Shown here piece by piece: positions 9,435 through 19,104 of a stretch of 36,549 bases of DNA. The position numbers and the translations under genes are program-made. The stretch is taken from contig RQSC01000917.1 of assembly GCA_013416795.1 (NCBI GenBank), positions 12,574-49,122 of the forward strand, in the 5' to 3' direction. The stretch is from Prasinococcaceae sp. CCMP 1430. Lineage: Eukaryota > Plantae > Prasinodermophyta. The notes under the pieces are model-generated. The model saw only the letters and a program-made list of their open reading frames with translations. It ran no database searches and was not told the DNA's origin. Each line of letters begins with the position of its first letter. The stretch's first letter is position 1.

Positions 9435-9771
9435 AAATGAAAATCCACCCGGAGCAGCCACGGTGCATTCGAGGGCATTCGGCGGATTGACCGGGTGTGT
9501 TCGCAGGCTCGACCCGGTGTTTCGCAGGCTTGTCCCGCGTCGAAAATGGTGATGGTGCGGATTACGGATTACCATGCGATTCCCACCCCACACGCACGCA
9601 CACACACGCACACGCACACACGCGCACACACGCACACACGCACACACGCGCATCGAGAGCTGCACAGCCGCGCGCTCGGGGAACGGGCCAACCGCGCGCC
9701 GCCCGCGAGCGAGCGAGCGAGCGAGCGAGCGCGGCCCCGCCCGCNGGGCCGCTGAGCGCAAGATTCTGCAG

Positions 9772-10945
9772 GGCCGTTCTCGATGCGGACAAGAAGGCGG
9801 CCGCCGCCGCGGCCGCCGAGGGCGACGCGCTCCTCGAGTGCCCGTGCGGCCTGGGCGACGCGCCGTGGCCGTCCGCGGACGACGCCGCGCCCATCGGGCC
9901 GGCGCTGTGGATGCACACGCCCAAGACGGGGTCCTCCTTCATCTACACGCTGCTGCGCGCCGCGTGCCCCGGCCTGGACATGCCCTGGCTGCTCAGCAAC
10001 ACGCGGCTCAGGAAGAACGAGACGCTGCGGTGGCCGCTGCCCGACGGCAAGCGCGTGGGCGGGGGCGCCATCGACAAGGTGGCGGCGGCGCGCGTGGCGT
10101 CGGACCCCGCCAGCCGCTGCGCGCCGTGGGTGTCGCGCATGTACCTCGGCCACCACGAGCCGCGCGGGCCCGCGGCGCTCGAGGCCCGGGGGGTCGACAT
10201 GCTGGGCATCTTCCGCGAGCCCGGCTCGCGCCTGCGCTCGCTGTACGCGCGCAAGGACTTCTTCAAGCTCACGCGAGCGCAGAAGGGCCAGCCGTACAAG
10301 CTGGAGGGCTGCCCGGGCTGCCCGCGCTCCCTGTTCGAGTCGGTGGACCCGCAGGACATCGGCTCCTTCCTCGAGGTCCCCGGCGTGGCCGGCTGCGTCG
10401 CGCGCACGCTCACGGGCAAGTACTGCGGCGAGGACAAGGTGCCGCCCACGCGCGCGCGCGCCGATGCCGCCGCGGCGCGCGTGCGCGCCATGCGCTGGGT
10501 GGGCCTCACCGAGCGCTGGGACCACTCCATCTGCCTCTTCCACCGCGTCTTCGGCCTGCCGCAGCCGCTGCGCTCGCAGGGCGTCAACATCCGCCCCACG
10601 GACTACGCGCAGCAGCAGGCCGCCGGCCAGGGGAACGAGGGGGGGCGGCGGCGCCTGGCGGCGGGCGACGCGGCGACCGCCGTCCCGGAGTGGTTCCACG
10701 ACTCCATGGACGACGCCGTGTACGCCGCGGCCACCGAGCGCTTCGCGGAGCTCCTGCGGCAGTACGGCGGGAGCGAGGAGTGCGCGGCGGACGCGCAGCG
10801 GTACGCCGCGGACGCGCGCGCGCGCGCGGACGCCTCCGCCGCCAGTTGGACCACGGACGGCAGCCCGACGTCCACGGCTCGGTGGGAGCGCTTCCTCGCG
10901 CCGCTCTATAACGCCAGCTACGACGCCGATGGCGGCGCCCCGTAG
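9772..10945 (+). CDS. PAPS-dependent carbohydrate sulfotransferase (Sulfotransfer_2 / HS6ST- or Gal3ST-like); main exon, 5' exon unresolved
   Basis: 5'-PSB motif WMHTPKTGSSF, 3'-PB motif IFREPGSRLRSLY, then VGLTERWDHSICLF and D-x-x-VYAAA-x-ERF. Candidate acceptor TTCTGCAG ends at 9771. TAG at 10943-10945. Confidence 0.82.
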
Positions 10946-11452
10946 CGGGCGTCGACCACGTCGGCTCGTCGCCTTCGCTCTCTCTCTCAGTCTCGCTGTT
11001 CCCCTCCGCCGCGGTGCGCGCGGCGCGAGCGACGCGCGCGCGCGCGCACGTCCGCGAGCGCAGGCCGCGGTGCGCGCGCCCCAAAGAGCCGGGCGGGCGG
11101 AAGACACAAGAATCCCTTCGGTGGTTGTTACCATAGATAGGCTCTACTACTACGTAGCTAGAGCGGGGTGGGTGAGCGGTTGTCGGCGTTGGTCGCGTCG
11201 GGTGTGTTGTGGTCGCGTCGTCCGGTGGTCCGTCGCTCGGTGGTGGCTTGGTAGTGGGTGGCGCGGCGGTCGTCTGGCGGCGCAAGCAAGCGGCGCATCG
11301 TGGCCTCCATCGCTGGCAGGGGCCGCTCGGCGATCGCCCGCGCCGCTGTGGCGTCCGGTGGTCTGCGTCTTGCGCATGGCGACGATCGGCGGGGCGCTCG
11401 CCCGCGCCGCTGGCGCCGCAGCCCGAGGGGCCCTGGCAAGGTGATCAATTGT

Positions 11453-12900
11453 TCACTTCAGGGGCATGACATTGGCCGCATACTGGCCGCCATAATTGCC
11501 AGGCGGCACGTAGTTGGCGACGTACATCGCGCACTTCCGGTTGTTGCCGAGGTCCTTGACGGCGACGTAAGCGCCGACCTTGTCGGTGTTCTTCCACACC
11601 AGCTGCGCGCGAAATCAGGGCGCGGCAGCGACGGCGCGGACACGGGACGCCGCGTCAACACGAGCACGCGAAGTGCGAGCATGCACGTCAGAGTCAGAGG
11701 GCATCATCACGCGTCGATGATGGGCGATCAGCAGGAGAGTTGGCGCACGGAGGTGAGCGCGCGCGCGCGGGTGTGTGTATCCGACCGCGCGCGCGCACGC
11801 AGCGAGCGCGCGGACCTGCGTGAAGTGTCCCGTGACGCCGCGAATGCGGGACGAGGTCGCGAACGACCAGTCGTCGATCTCGTCGTACCAACTGTTGATG
11901 CCATTCTTTGCCACGCTCTTCTTCTTCAAATTGGGCATGTATCCCATGCTCGCGTAGAGGTTCTCCCCCATGCCGCCCGGTCGATTCGGGTTATGAAAGA
12001 ACCAGTTCCAGTCTGCGATTTATTTGCGCGTGCGCACGAGCGAGAAAAGGGGAGAGGCGGGCGTGAGGTTGGCATCAGGCGACGCAGGCAGTGCGCATTC
12101 GCTTGTGCGTGTGCGTGTGCGTGTGCGTGCGCGTGCGCGTGTGTCGGGGCGGGTGCGCCGCAAGGTGTGCGCGTGCCGCACGACGCACTGTTGCCGGTGC
12201 ACTTGGCCACCTGCTTCTTGGCCCAATTTTTTGCGACATTAGCAGCCTGCCAGCTCCAGCCGAGCGGTGGTGTGTTCACATGCTTCTTGCGCTTGTTGTT
12301 GTGCGTTTTGAGCGAAGCCCCCTTCGTCCACGCGCCCGTGACGTCGCCTGCCGCGCGCGCAGAGATGCCCAGCGCGCCCAGCGAGGTGTTGTACCACTGT
12401 GTGAGCGCGCGCGCGCGCGCCCGCCGGTTAGCGGTGACCGCCGGGAATACTGACTGAGTGAGTGAGGGACGTTCCGCGCACGCCGGCGCTCTCCTAAAGG
12501 CTGCAGCGGCCAGCACGCGGCGCGCCTGTAGCGGCCAGCGCGCGGCGCGCCTCACGCGCGAGCTGCGCGGCGGCGCTCCACTCGCCGCGCTGCTTCGCCA
12601 TGCAGTACGCACGCGCGGCGCTGGCCGGCTCCACGCGACGCACCGAGGGGGGCAACGAGGAGCTGGCCTCCGCGATGGCCGTCGCGTTGATCGCCACTGC
12701 GGCCAGCTCGTCGATGAGGCCGTGGCCGTCGACGAGGCCGTTCGCGGCCAATTTGTCCGTGCTCAGGCCGCCGGCGCTCGAGCTGCTGCCGGAGGCCGGC
12801 GCCGGGCCGGGCGCCGGTGCCGGGCTCGGAGCGCGAGCTCCTTCCGCCGCGACGGCGAGGAGCGCCGCCGCCAGCGCGAGCGCGATCTTGAGCAGCTCAT
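11453..12900 (-). CDS. secreted CAP/SCP/PR-1 (GAPR-1-like) protein; 4 exons (~12900-12644, 12396-12189, 12012-11816, 11602-11453); the nearest ATG is out of frame by one base
   Basis: The spliced product contains HNNKRKKH...PLGWS...AKNWA, MGENLY, SWYDEI, GHFTQLVW and PPGNY. Three phase-consistent GT-AG introns. Signal-peptide-like [22 protein letters not shown] at 11455-11453. Confidence 0.85.
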
Positions 12901-12929
12901 GGAGCAGCAGGCAGACGCGTACGACTGGA

Positions 12930-12930
<1 letters not shown>

Positions 12931-12986
<56 letters not shown>

Positions 12987-13362
12987 TGCTGAGGTCAGCG
13001 CGTCCACGGCACGTAACGACGGTTTGACAACACCCCCGCGTGCCCCTTCATGCGTAACGGCGCACCTGTGCACGCGCGGGCGTGCGGCGCAGCCGCGGCG
13101 GCAGCCCACGCCCACTCGACTCGACTCGACGGCCGGCCCGCGCGTCCTCATGCAGGCGGGGGATGCCGTCGGTCGCGCACAGCGCTCTGTCCTCCTCCCC
13201 GCCGCTCTCCTGGCCACCCGCGCAGCGGCACGCCCCGTGCCCCTTCGCCGCGCGCGCGACCGTCGGCGCCACCAAAAGAATTCGGGAGATTTTTTTTTGG
13301 TGGTGCACACACACACACACACGCGCGCACGCGCGCGCGCGCTCGCACGCAGACACACACTG

Positions 13363-13395
<33 letters not shown>

Positions 13396-13460
13396 CACAC
13401 ACATACACACACACACACACACACACGCATGTGCACACACACACACACACACACACAAAG
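12931..13460. repeat. (TG)n block at 12931-12983 and (CA)n block at ~13303-13460
   Basis: Dinucleotide runs seen directly. Confidence 0.9.
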
Positions 13461-13899
13461 CACATAAAGCACACGCACGGCGAGACGGCGCTCCGGCGTC
13501 TTTGGGTTGTGGTTTTGAGTTCGAGCACAACCTCGGCGCACACGCGTGCATATACACACATAGTGTGGACCCTGCGTGCACACGAAGGTGCGCACGCATG
13601 CATGCATGCTTGCACAACCCGGGAGGTGTGAAGACAGGCATGAGCGCCACAGACGGACAGGAGCACACACGCGCAGACAGAGCGGACACGCGCGGACGCA
13701 CGCAGGCGCACACACGCGCAGGGGTCCGCGCGCGCGCTGGGGCGCCGCGGGTGCAGCGCCCAGGCGCGCGCGCACCGCGCATTCGCGCGCGCACAGTCTA
13801 GTCTGTCTGTCGCGTCGATACGATAAAATTGTTGCCATCTTAATGATCCTGCCGGTGTGTCGTGCTGTGCTGTGTGCGAGCCCGCCCGCGCCGTGCTGC

Positions 13900-15036
13900 T
13901 TAGTCGTCGAAGACCTTGCACTCGTCGGCGTCGGGGTTGGTGGCGCAGTACTGCGCGAGCGGGTCGGAGACGGTGCCCTCCCACTTCTCGGCCATGATCT
14001 CCGCGAGGTCGACGACGCGCTGGGTGTAGCCCCACTCGTTGTCGTACCACGCCACCACCTTGACCATGTCGTCGCCCATCACCATGGTGAGGCTGGCGTC
14101 GACGGTGGACGAGACGTCCGTGCAGCGGAAGTCAACCGACACGAGCGGCGAGTCGCACACGGCGAGCACGCCGTCCATGGGGCCGGCGGCGGCCTTGCGG
14201 AAGGTCTCGTTGACGTCCTCGGCGGTCATGCCCTTCTTCTCGGTGTTGACCACGAGGTCGACCACCGACACGTTGGGCGTGGGCACGCGCAGCGCGATGC
14301 CGTTGAGCTTGCCCGCGAGCTGCGGCAGCACGAGGCTCACCGCCTTGGCGGCGCCGGTCGACGTGGGGACGATGTTGAGCGCCGCCGCGCGCGCGCGCCT
14401 GAGGTCGCGGTGCGACGCGTCGAGCAGGCGCTGGTCGCCGGTGTACGAGTGGGTGGTCGTCATGGTGCCCTTGACGATCTTGTACTCCTCGTCGAGTACC
14501 TTCACGAAGGGCGCGAGGCAGTTGGTGGTGCAGCTGGCGTTCGACACGATGTCGCCCGACGAGTGCGTGTACTCGTCGGCGTTGACGCCCACCACGTAGG
14601 TGGGGATGTCCGCGCCCTTGCCCGGCGCGGTGATGAGCACCTTCTTGGCGCCCGCGGCGATGTGCTTCGACGCGCCGGGGGTGTCCACGAAGACGCCCGT
14701 GCCCTCGATCACGATGTCGATGCCCATGTCCGCCCACGGCATGGCCGCCGGGTCGCGGCCCGACACGACGTACACGGTCTTGCCGTTCACCGTGAAGGTG
14801 TCATCGCCGGTGATCTTGATGTCCGCGTCGAAGGTGCCCAGGATCGAGTCGTACTTGAGCAGGTGCACGGCCGACTTGAGGCCGCCCGAGCCGGCGTTCA
14901 CGGCGACGAGCTCCAGGCCCGACTCCTCGCGGCCCTCCAGGCAGCGCACGAAGTTGCGGCCGATGCGGCCGAAGCCGTTGATGGCCACGCGCAGCTTCTT
15001 GTCGGCGCACTCGGTCACCGAGCGCGAGCCCGACGC
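13900..15036 (-). CDS. GAPB: plastid NADP-GAPDH subunit B (GapB) with CP12-like C-terminal extension; main exon, transit-peptide exon(s) unresolved
   Basis: [13 protein letters not shown]; active site [11 protein letters not shown]; plastid-type [23 protein letters not shown]; WYDNEWGY; tail [21 protein letters not shown] with two Cys. Acceptor TTCTCGCAG at 15038-15037, TAA at 13902-13900. Confidence 0.95.
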   Translation of the reverse strand, partial: ASGSRSVTECADKKLRVAINGFGRIGRNFVRCLEGREESGLELVAVNAGSGGLKSAVHLLKYDSILGTFDADIKITGDDTFTVNGKTVYVVSGRDPAAMPWADMGIDIVIEGTGVFVDTPGASKHIAAGAKKVLITAPGKGADIPTYVVGVNADEYTHSSGDIVSNASCTTNCLAPFVKVLDEEYKIVKGTMTTTHSYTGDQRLLDASHRDLRRARAAALNIVPTSTGAAKAVSLVLPQLAGKLNGIALRVPTPNVSVVDLVVNTEKKGMTAEDVNETFRKAAAGPMDGVLAVCDSPLVSVDFRCTDVSSTVDASLTMVMGDDMVKVVAWYDNEWGYTQRVVDLAEIMAEKWEGTVSDPLAQYCATNPDADECKVFDD

Positions 15037-15962
15037 CTGCGAGAACAGGGTGTGCGTGCGCGTTGTGCGTGTACGTCATTTGCGCGTGCGCGCGCGTTAG
15101 AACGCTGCGCCATGTGCGCATGCGTAGCGCGTCTCCGTGTTCTCGCGTGTTCACGCGCGCACACACACACAAACGCACACGCGCGCGTGCACGCGCCCTC
15201 GCCGGCGGTCACCGGCGCCGCCGCCGCGGGGGGGGGGGACAGGAGTGAGGGGGCGCGCGCCAACCACCCCGCGATCTCGAAGCCAGCGCACCCCGAGCGA
15301 TGATCCTCAAGCCTGTCGGGGTGGAGTTGGTGGTGGTCCGTCGGTTTCCCGCGGCGGGGACCATCGATAGACGCATCGATAGATCCATTTTGGATCGTGC
15401 ACGAGTGTCGCGCGACGGACGTGCGTGCACCGACGTGTGCAACGCGCAGATCCAAAAAAGAAAAAGGTGTCGATCGGTCGGTTGTTGCGCGGCTGACATT
15501 GAATGGATCAATGGCAGGCGCGCTGGCTGCTGCGAAAGGAGTCGATCAAATCAAAGGACGTCCCAATGCCAAGGGGGTGCGTGCGTTGGAGGTAAGTCGA
15601 CCTGTCGGCGTCCGTTCAGACTGATGGGAGTTTGCGTGCCCCTTCGCGCCGCCTCCGCCGCCGCGCAGGGCGCCACGTGCCAAGGCCACATCATCTCCAA
15701 ACATGTGGCTTTGATGAGTGCTCCGGACACGTTTCGGCGCACCGTCAGCGTGGAATGTGAGCTGTCAGACTGTTTCGGGGGTGCCGGCTTGGTCCGAGGG
15801 GAGGGCAGCGGAGGGCAGCAAACGACGCCACACCGACGGGCACACACGCACGCAGGCGCGCACGCGCACACGCACGCACGCATGCAAGCACTCACGCGCT
15901 GATGGTGTCGCCTCACGCAGGCAGTAGGGGAGTGATAATGTTACAAGGCCGTCACGTCAGTG

Positions 15963-16052
15963 TCAGTCCTCCTCCATGGGCGCCTCGGGCGCCGCGGGGG
16001 CCGCGTCCCGCTGCTGCGAGAGGTAGAGCAGCGAGAAGGCGTTCTGCTCAGC
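15963..16052 (-). CDS. probable terminal exon of an unidentified small protein (AEQNAFSLLYLSQQRDAAPAAPEAPMEED*)
   Basis: GC3-rich coding-like stretch ending in TGA. The likely acceptor overlaps the N at 16054. Confidence 0.3.
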   Translation of the reverse strand, partial: AEQNAFSLLYLSQQRDAAPAAPEAPMEED

Positions 16053-16224
16053 CNGCGCGCGGGCACCCGCCCCCGGCCGCCGCATACCCTGTGGGCGCGC
16101 GCGCCGCCCGCCGCCTCGCGCGCCCGCTCGCCACGTGCGCTCCCGCTCTGCCAAGCGCTCCATACTGACGACCGTGCCTGTCCCCTCGCCTCGCGCGCCG
16201 CGCGCCCGCCTGAGCGGCGCGCAG

Positions 16225-16515
16225 TTCTTGTCATTTGATGGGGCGCCTATTTCATCCCCGCATGTTGGGTATGTCGCTACCAGATATGTCTTATCATGTT
16301 TGCATGATGGTGCATTCACCGGGTCTAACCCAATTAATCCGCTAATTGCGTGAATTTTGAGGCTGCCCATTTTCTTGTCATTTGATGGAGCGCCTATTTC
16401 ATCAACGCATGTTGGTTGTGTTGTGAATAGATAACCCACATACTCATTTCGTGATGGTGCATTCACCGCTTTTTACCCCAATTGGTCCGCTCATTGCGCG
16501 AATTTGGGGCTGCCC
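16225..16515. repeat. diverged tandem duplication with a 147-bp period in an AT-rich island
   Basis: TTCTTGTCATTTGATGG at 16225 and 16372. GATGGTGCATTCACCG, CCCAATT...TCCGCT and GAATTT...GGCTGCCC are also duplicated. Confidence 0.88.
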
Positions 16516-17046
16516 CCGCGCGCCCTCAGGTTTAGGTTTCTTTTTGGGGTTTCGCATCGGTTATTGAAGCCCAAACGTACTCCTTGACAGAATCCATGCC
16601 TTAAAGGGTTTGTGATGTGTATCACTTCGAACGCGGTTCGCGGCGCCTCACGCGGGGCGAACACCCGCAATTCGCGGCGAATGCGACAGTGCTGTAAGTA
16701 ACTATATTTGATTATAATTCACGGAATCATGCGCGACTTTCAACGGGGAAATGTCGATGGATTTGCACGGGAGCCAATATGCCTTCCATATGCACCTAAT
16801 GTGACTTATTTCACGGGACAATGTGAGTGTGAAATTCAGTTTGTAAAATGGTGCGGGCAGGGGTTCCGGACTCTCCTCGGCAGCGCACGCGCCACAGCGC
16901 GCGCCCCTCCCCCTCCACACACACACACACACACACACAAACAAGCACACACGCACGCACTCACGCGGCGTCCGCCTCGGCAGGCGACGGTCGCTCGCGC
17001 CCCCTCCCGCCTCCGCCGCCGCCGCGGCGCGGGGCTGGCATTTGCG

Positions 17047-17446
17047 NNNNNNNNNNNNNNNNNNNNNNNNNNNNNNNNNNNNNNNNNNNNNNNNNNNNNN
17101 NNNNNNNNNNNNNNNNNNNNNNNNNNNNNNNNNNNNNNNNNNNNNNNNNNNNNNNNNNNNNNNNNNNNNNNNNNNNNNNNNNNNNNNNNNNNNNNNNNNN
17201 NNNNNNNNNNNNNNNNNNNNNNNNNNNNNNNNNNNNNNNNNNNNNNNNNNNNNNNNNNNNNNNNNNNNNNNNNNNNNNNNNNNNNNNNNNNNNNNNNNNN
17301 NNNNNNNNNNNNNNNNNNNNNNNNNNNNNNNNNNNNNNNNNNNNNNNNNNNNNNNNNNNNNNNNNNNNNNNNNNNNNNNNNNNNNNNNNNNNNNNNNNNN
17401 NNNNNNNNNNNNNNNNNNNNNNNNNNNNNNNNNNNNNNNNNNNNNN
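17047..17446. other. assembly gap (400 N)
   Basis: N run. Confidence 1.
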
Positions 17447-17484
17447 CACACACACACACACACGCACGCACATGCTCTCGCCAG

Positions 17485-17791
17485 GCTGTGCTCCGTCTTC
17501 GCCCTGCTGATGCTCTTCTGGCCGCTGGCGTGGCTGCCGTGCGTGATGGAGGGCTGCTACGACCGCGTGTATCAGGCGGACGCCGACGCGCTCGAGGCGC
17601 ACCTGCTGGGCGCGGGCGCGCTGCGGGCGGGCGGCGCGGGCGGCGCGGGCGACCTGGGCGCGGCGAGCCCCCTCGTGGCGGTGGCGGCGCCGCGAGGGGC
17701 GCGGCGCGTGTACGCCGCCGTGCCCGCGTCGGACGTCCCACACGCGGCCCACGCAACCCACTACCGCACCGCCGGCGGCGACCTCGTCTGA
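17485..17791 (+). CDS. last exon of a small Cys-containing membrane protein (BRI3/LITAF/CYSTM-like pattern); 5' part probably in the gap
   Basis: Acceptor CTCTCGCCAG, then LCSVFALLMLFWPLAWLPCVMEGCYDRVYQ (hydrophobic helix followed by PC-x-x-x-x-CY). TGA at 17791. Confidence 0.55.
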
Positions 17792-18260
17792 CGCGCGAAC
17801 GGCGCGCGTGGGACGGCCGTAGGAGAGATGCCCTGTAACACTATCCGCTGTACACACGCACGCGCACGCGCGCACACGCGCACACTCGCTCGCTCCCAAA
17901 CGCGCGCACACGCATGGACGCGCACGCGTGCTCGCGCAGAGACACCAGAAAAGACAGAGCAGCATGGCGTGTGCGCCCGCGCGCGGTGACGCTGAGGCAG
18001 TTTCACACACACAACACACACTACACACACTACACACACGTGCTCACGCACAGCCCGAGACAGAGCACCCCGCGCGCATGCGCGTGGGCGCCCCGCCGCG
18101 GCAGACTGATGCCCGTCTTTACGCGTCGGCCGCGGCCGCGTTGATCGAGGCTCGTTCTTTCACACACGCACACGCGCGCGCTCTCGCGCGCACGCGAGCG
18201 CACTAGCACACGCGCAGACGCACGCAAGCGCATGCTCGGCCGCTCGGCCGCGCCCGGCTT

Positions 18261-18480
18261 CTAGCCGAGCTTGTCGGCGGCGGCGAGCATCGCGTCGCAC
18301 GCGGCGAGGCCCGCGGTGGCGTCCTTGTTGACGGCGGCGAGGTCGCACGCCTCCAGGGCGCTGATGAGCGCCTTGCCGTCGGCGGTCTTGGCCTGAGGGC
18401 GCGAAGCGCGGACCGGCCCGGTCGTTTGTGCGTGTGTGTGTGTGTGCAGCGCGTGCGTCAGCGCGTGTGTGTGTACATTT

Positions 18481-18511
<31 letters not shown>

Positions 18512-19060
18512 CGCTTGGCAGCGCTGTGCGCTCGCACTGCACGCTTCCAGCCAGCCGTCGGCGCGCCGGATCGGCGTCGCGCACCTTGCCGGTGGCCTTG
18601 AGGGCGGGGCGCACGTAGCCCGCGGCGAGGCGCAGGCGCGAGCGCGCGTCCATCCACGCCCCCTTCTCCACCAGCGGCGGCACGAGCTTGAGCTCCTCCG
18701 CCGCCTTGGCGAGGCGCTTCTCAGGGCTGGAGCCGTTCGGCCCCAGGTTGTCCTCGGAGTAAGGGAAGCGCTCGTCGCGGTAGTTCGTGAAGCCCGAGCG
18801 CGCCGAGTTGGCCGTGTCGAGCACGCCGGTGCCCTGCGACGCGGGCGTCGGCGCGGGCGTGTGCACGCGCGCGAGTGTGTGAGCATTTTTGTGCGCGTGT
18901 GTGTATTTTCGCGAGCGCGTGCGCAAATGCGCGTACGCACGCGCTGTAATGCGTGCGGGTGTTGAGCCTCACCTTGCCGCGGTCGTCGAAGGAGGGCGCC
19001 TTGTTCTTGTACGCCAAGGCGGGCGGCGCCGCGACCACGGCGGCGGCGAGCGCATCCCGC
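18261..19060 (-). CDS. PsbQ-family thylakoid lumen protein; exons ~19060-18973, 18833-18585, 18392-18261; start unresolved
   Basis: Lumen-signal-like RDALAAAVVAAPPALA; PsbQ core GAWMDARSRLRLAAGYVRPAL; LEACDLAA; C-terminal KLG followed by TAG. Two phase-0 GT-AG introns. Confidence 0.78.
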
Positions 19061-19104
19061 CATCCCGCGCTCCGTACAGTCAAGAGTCTCTGAGACGCAC
19101 AGCC

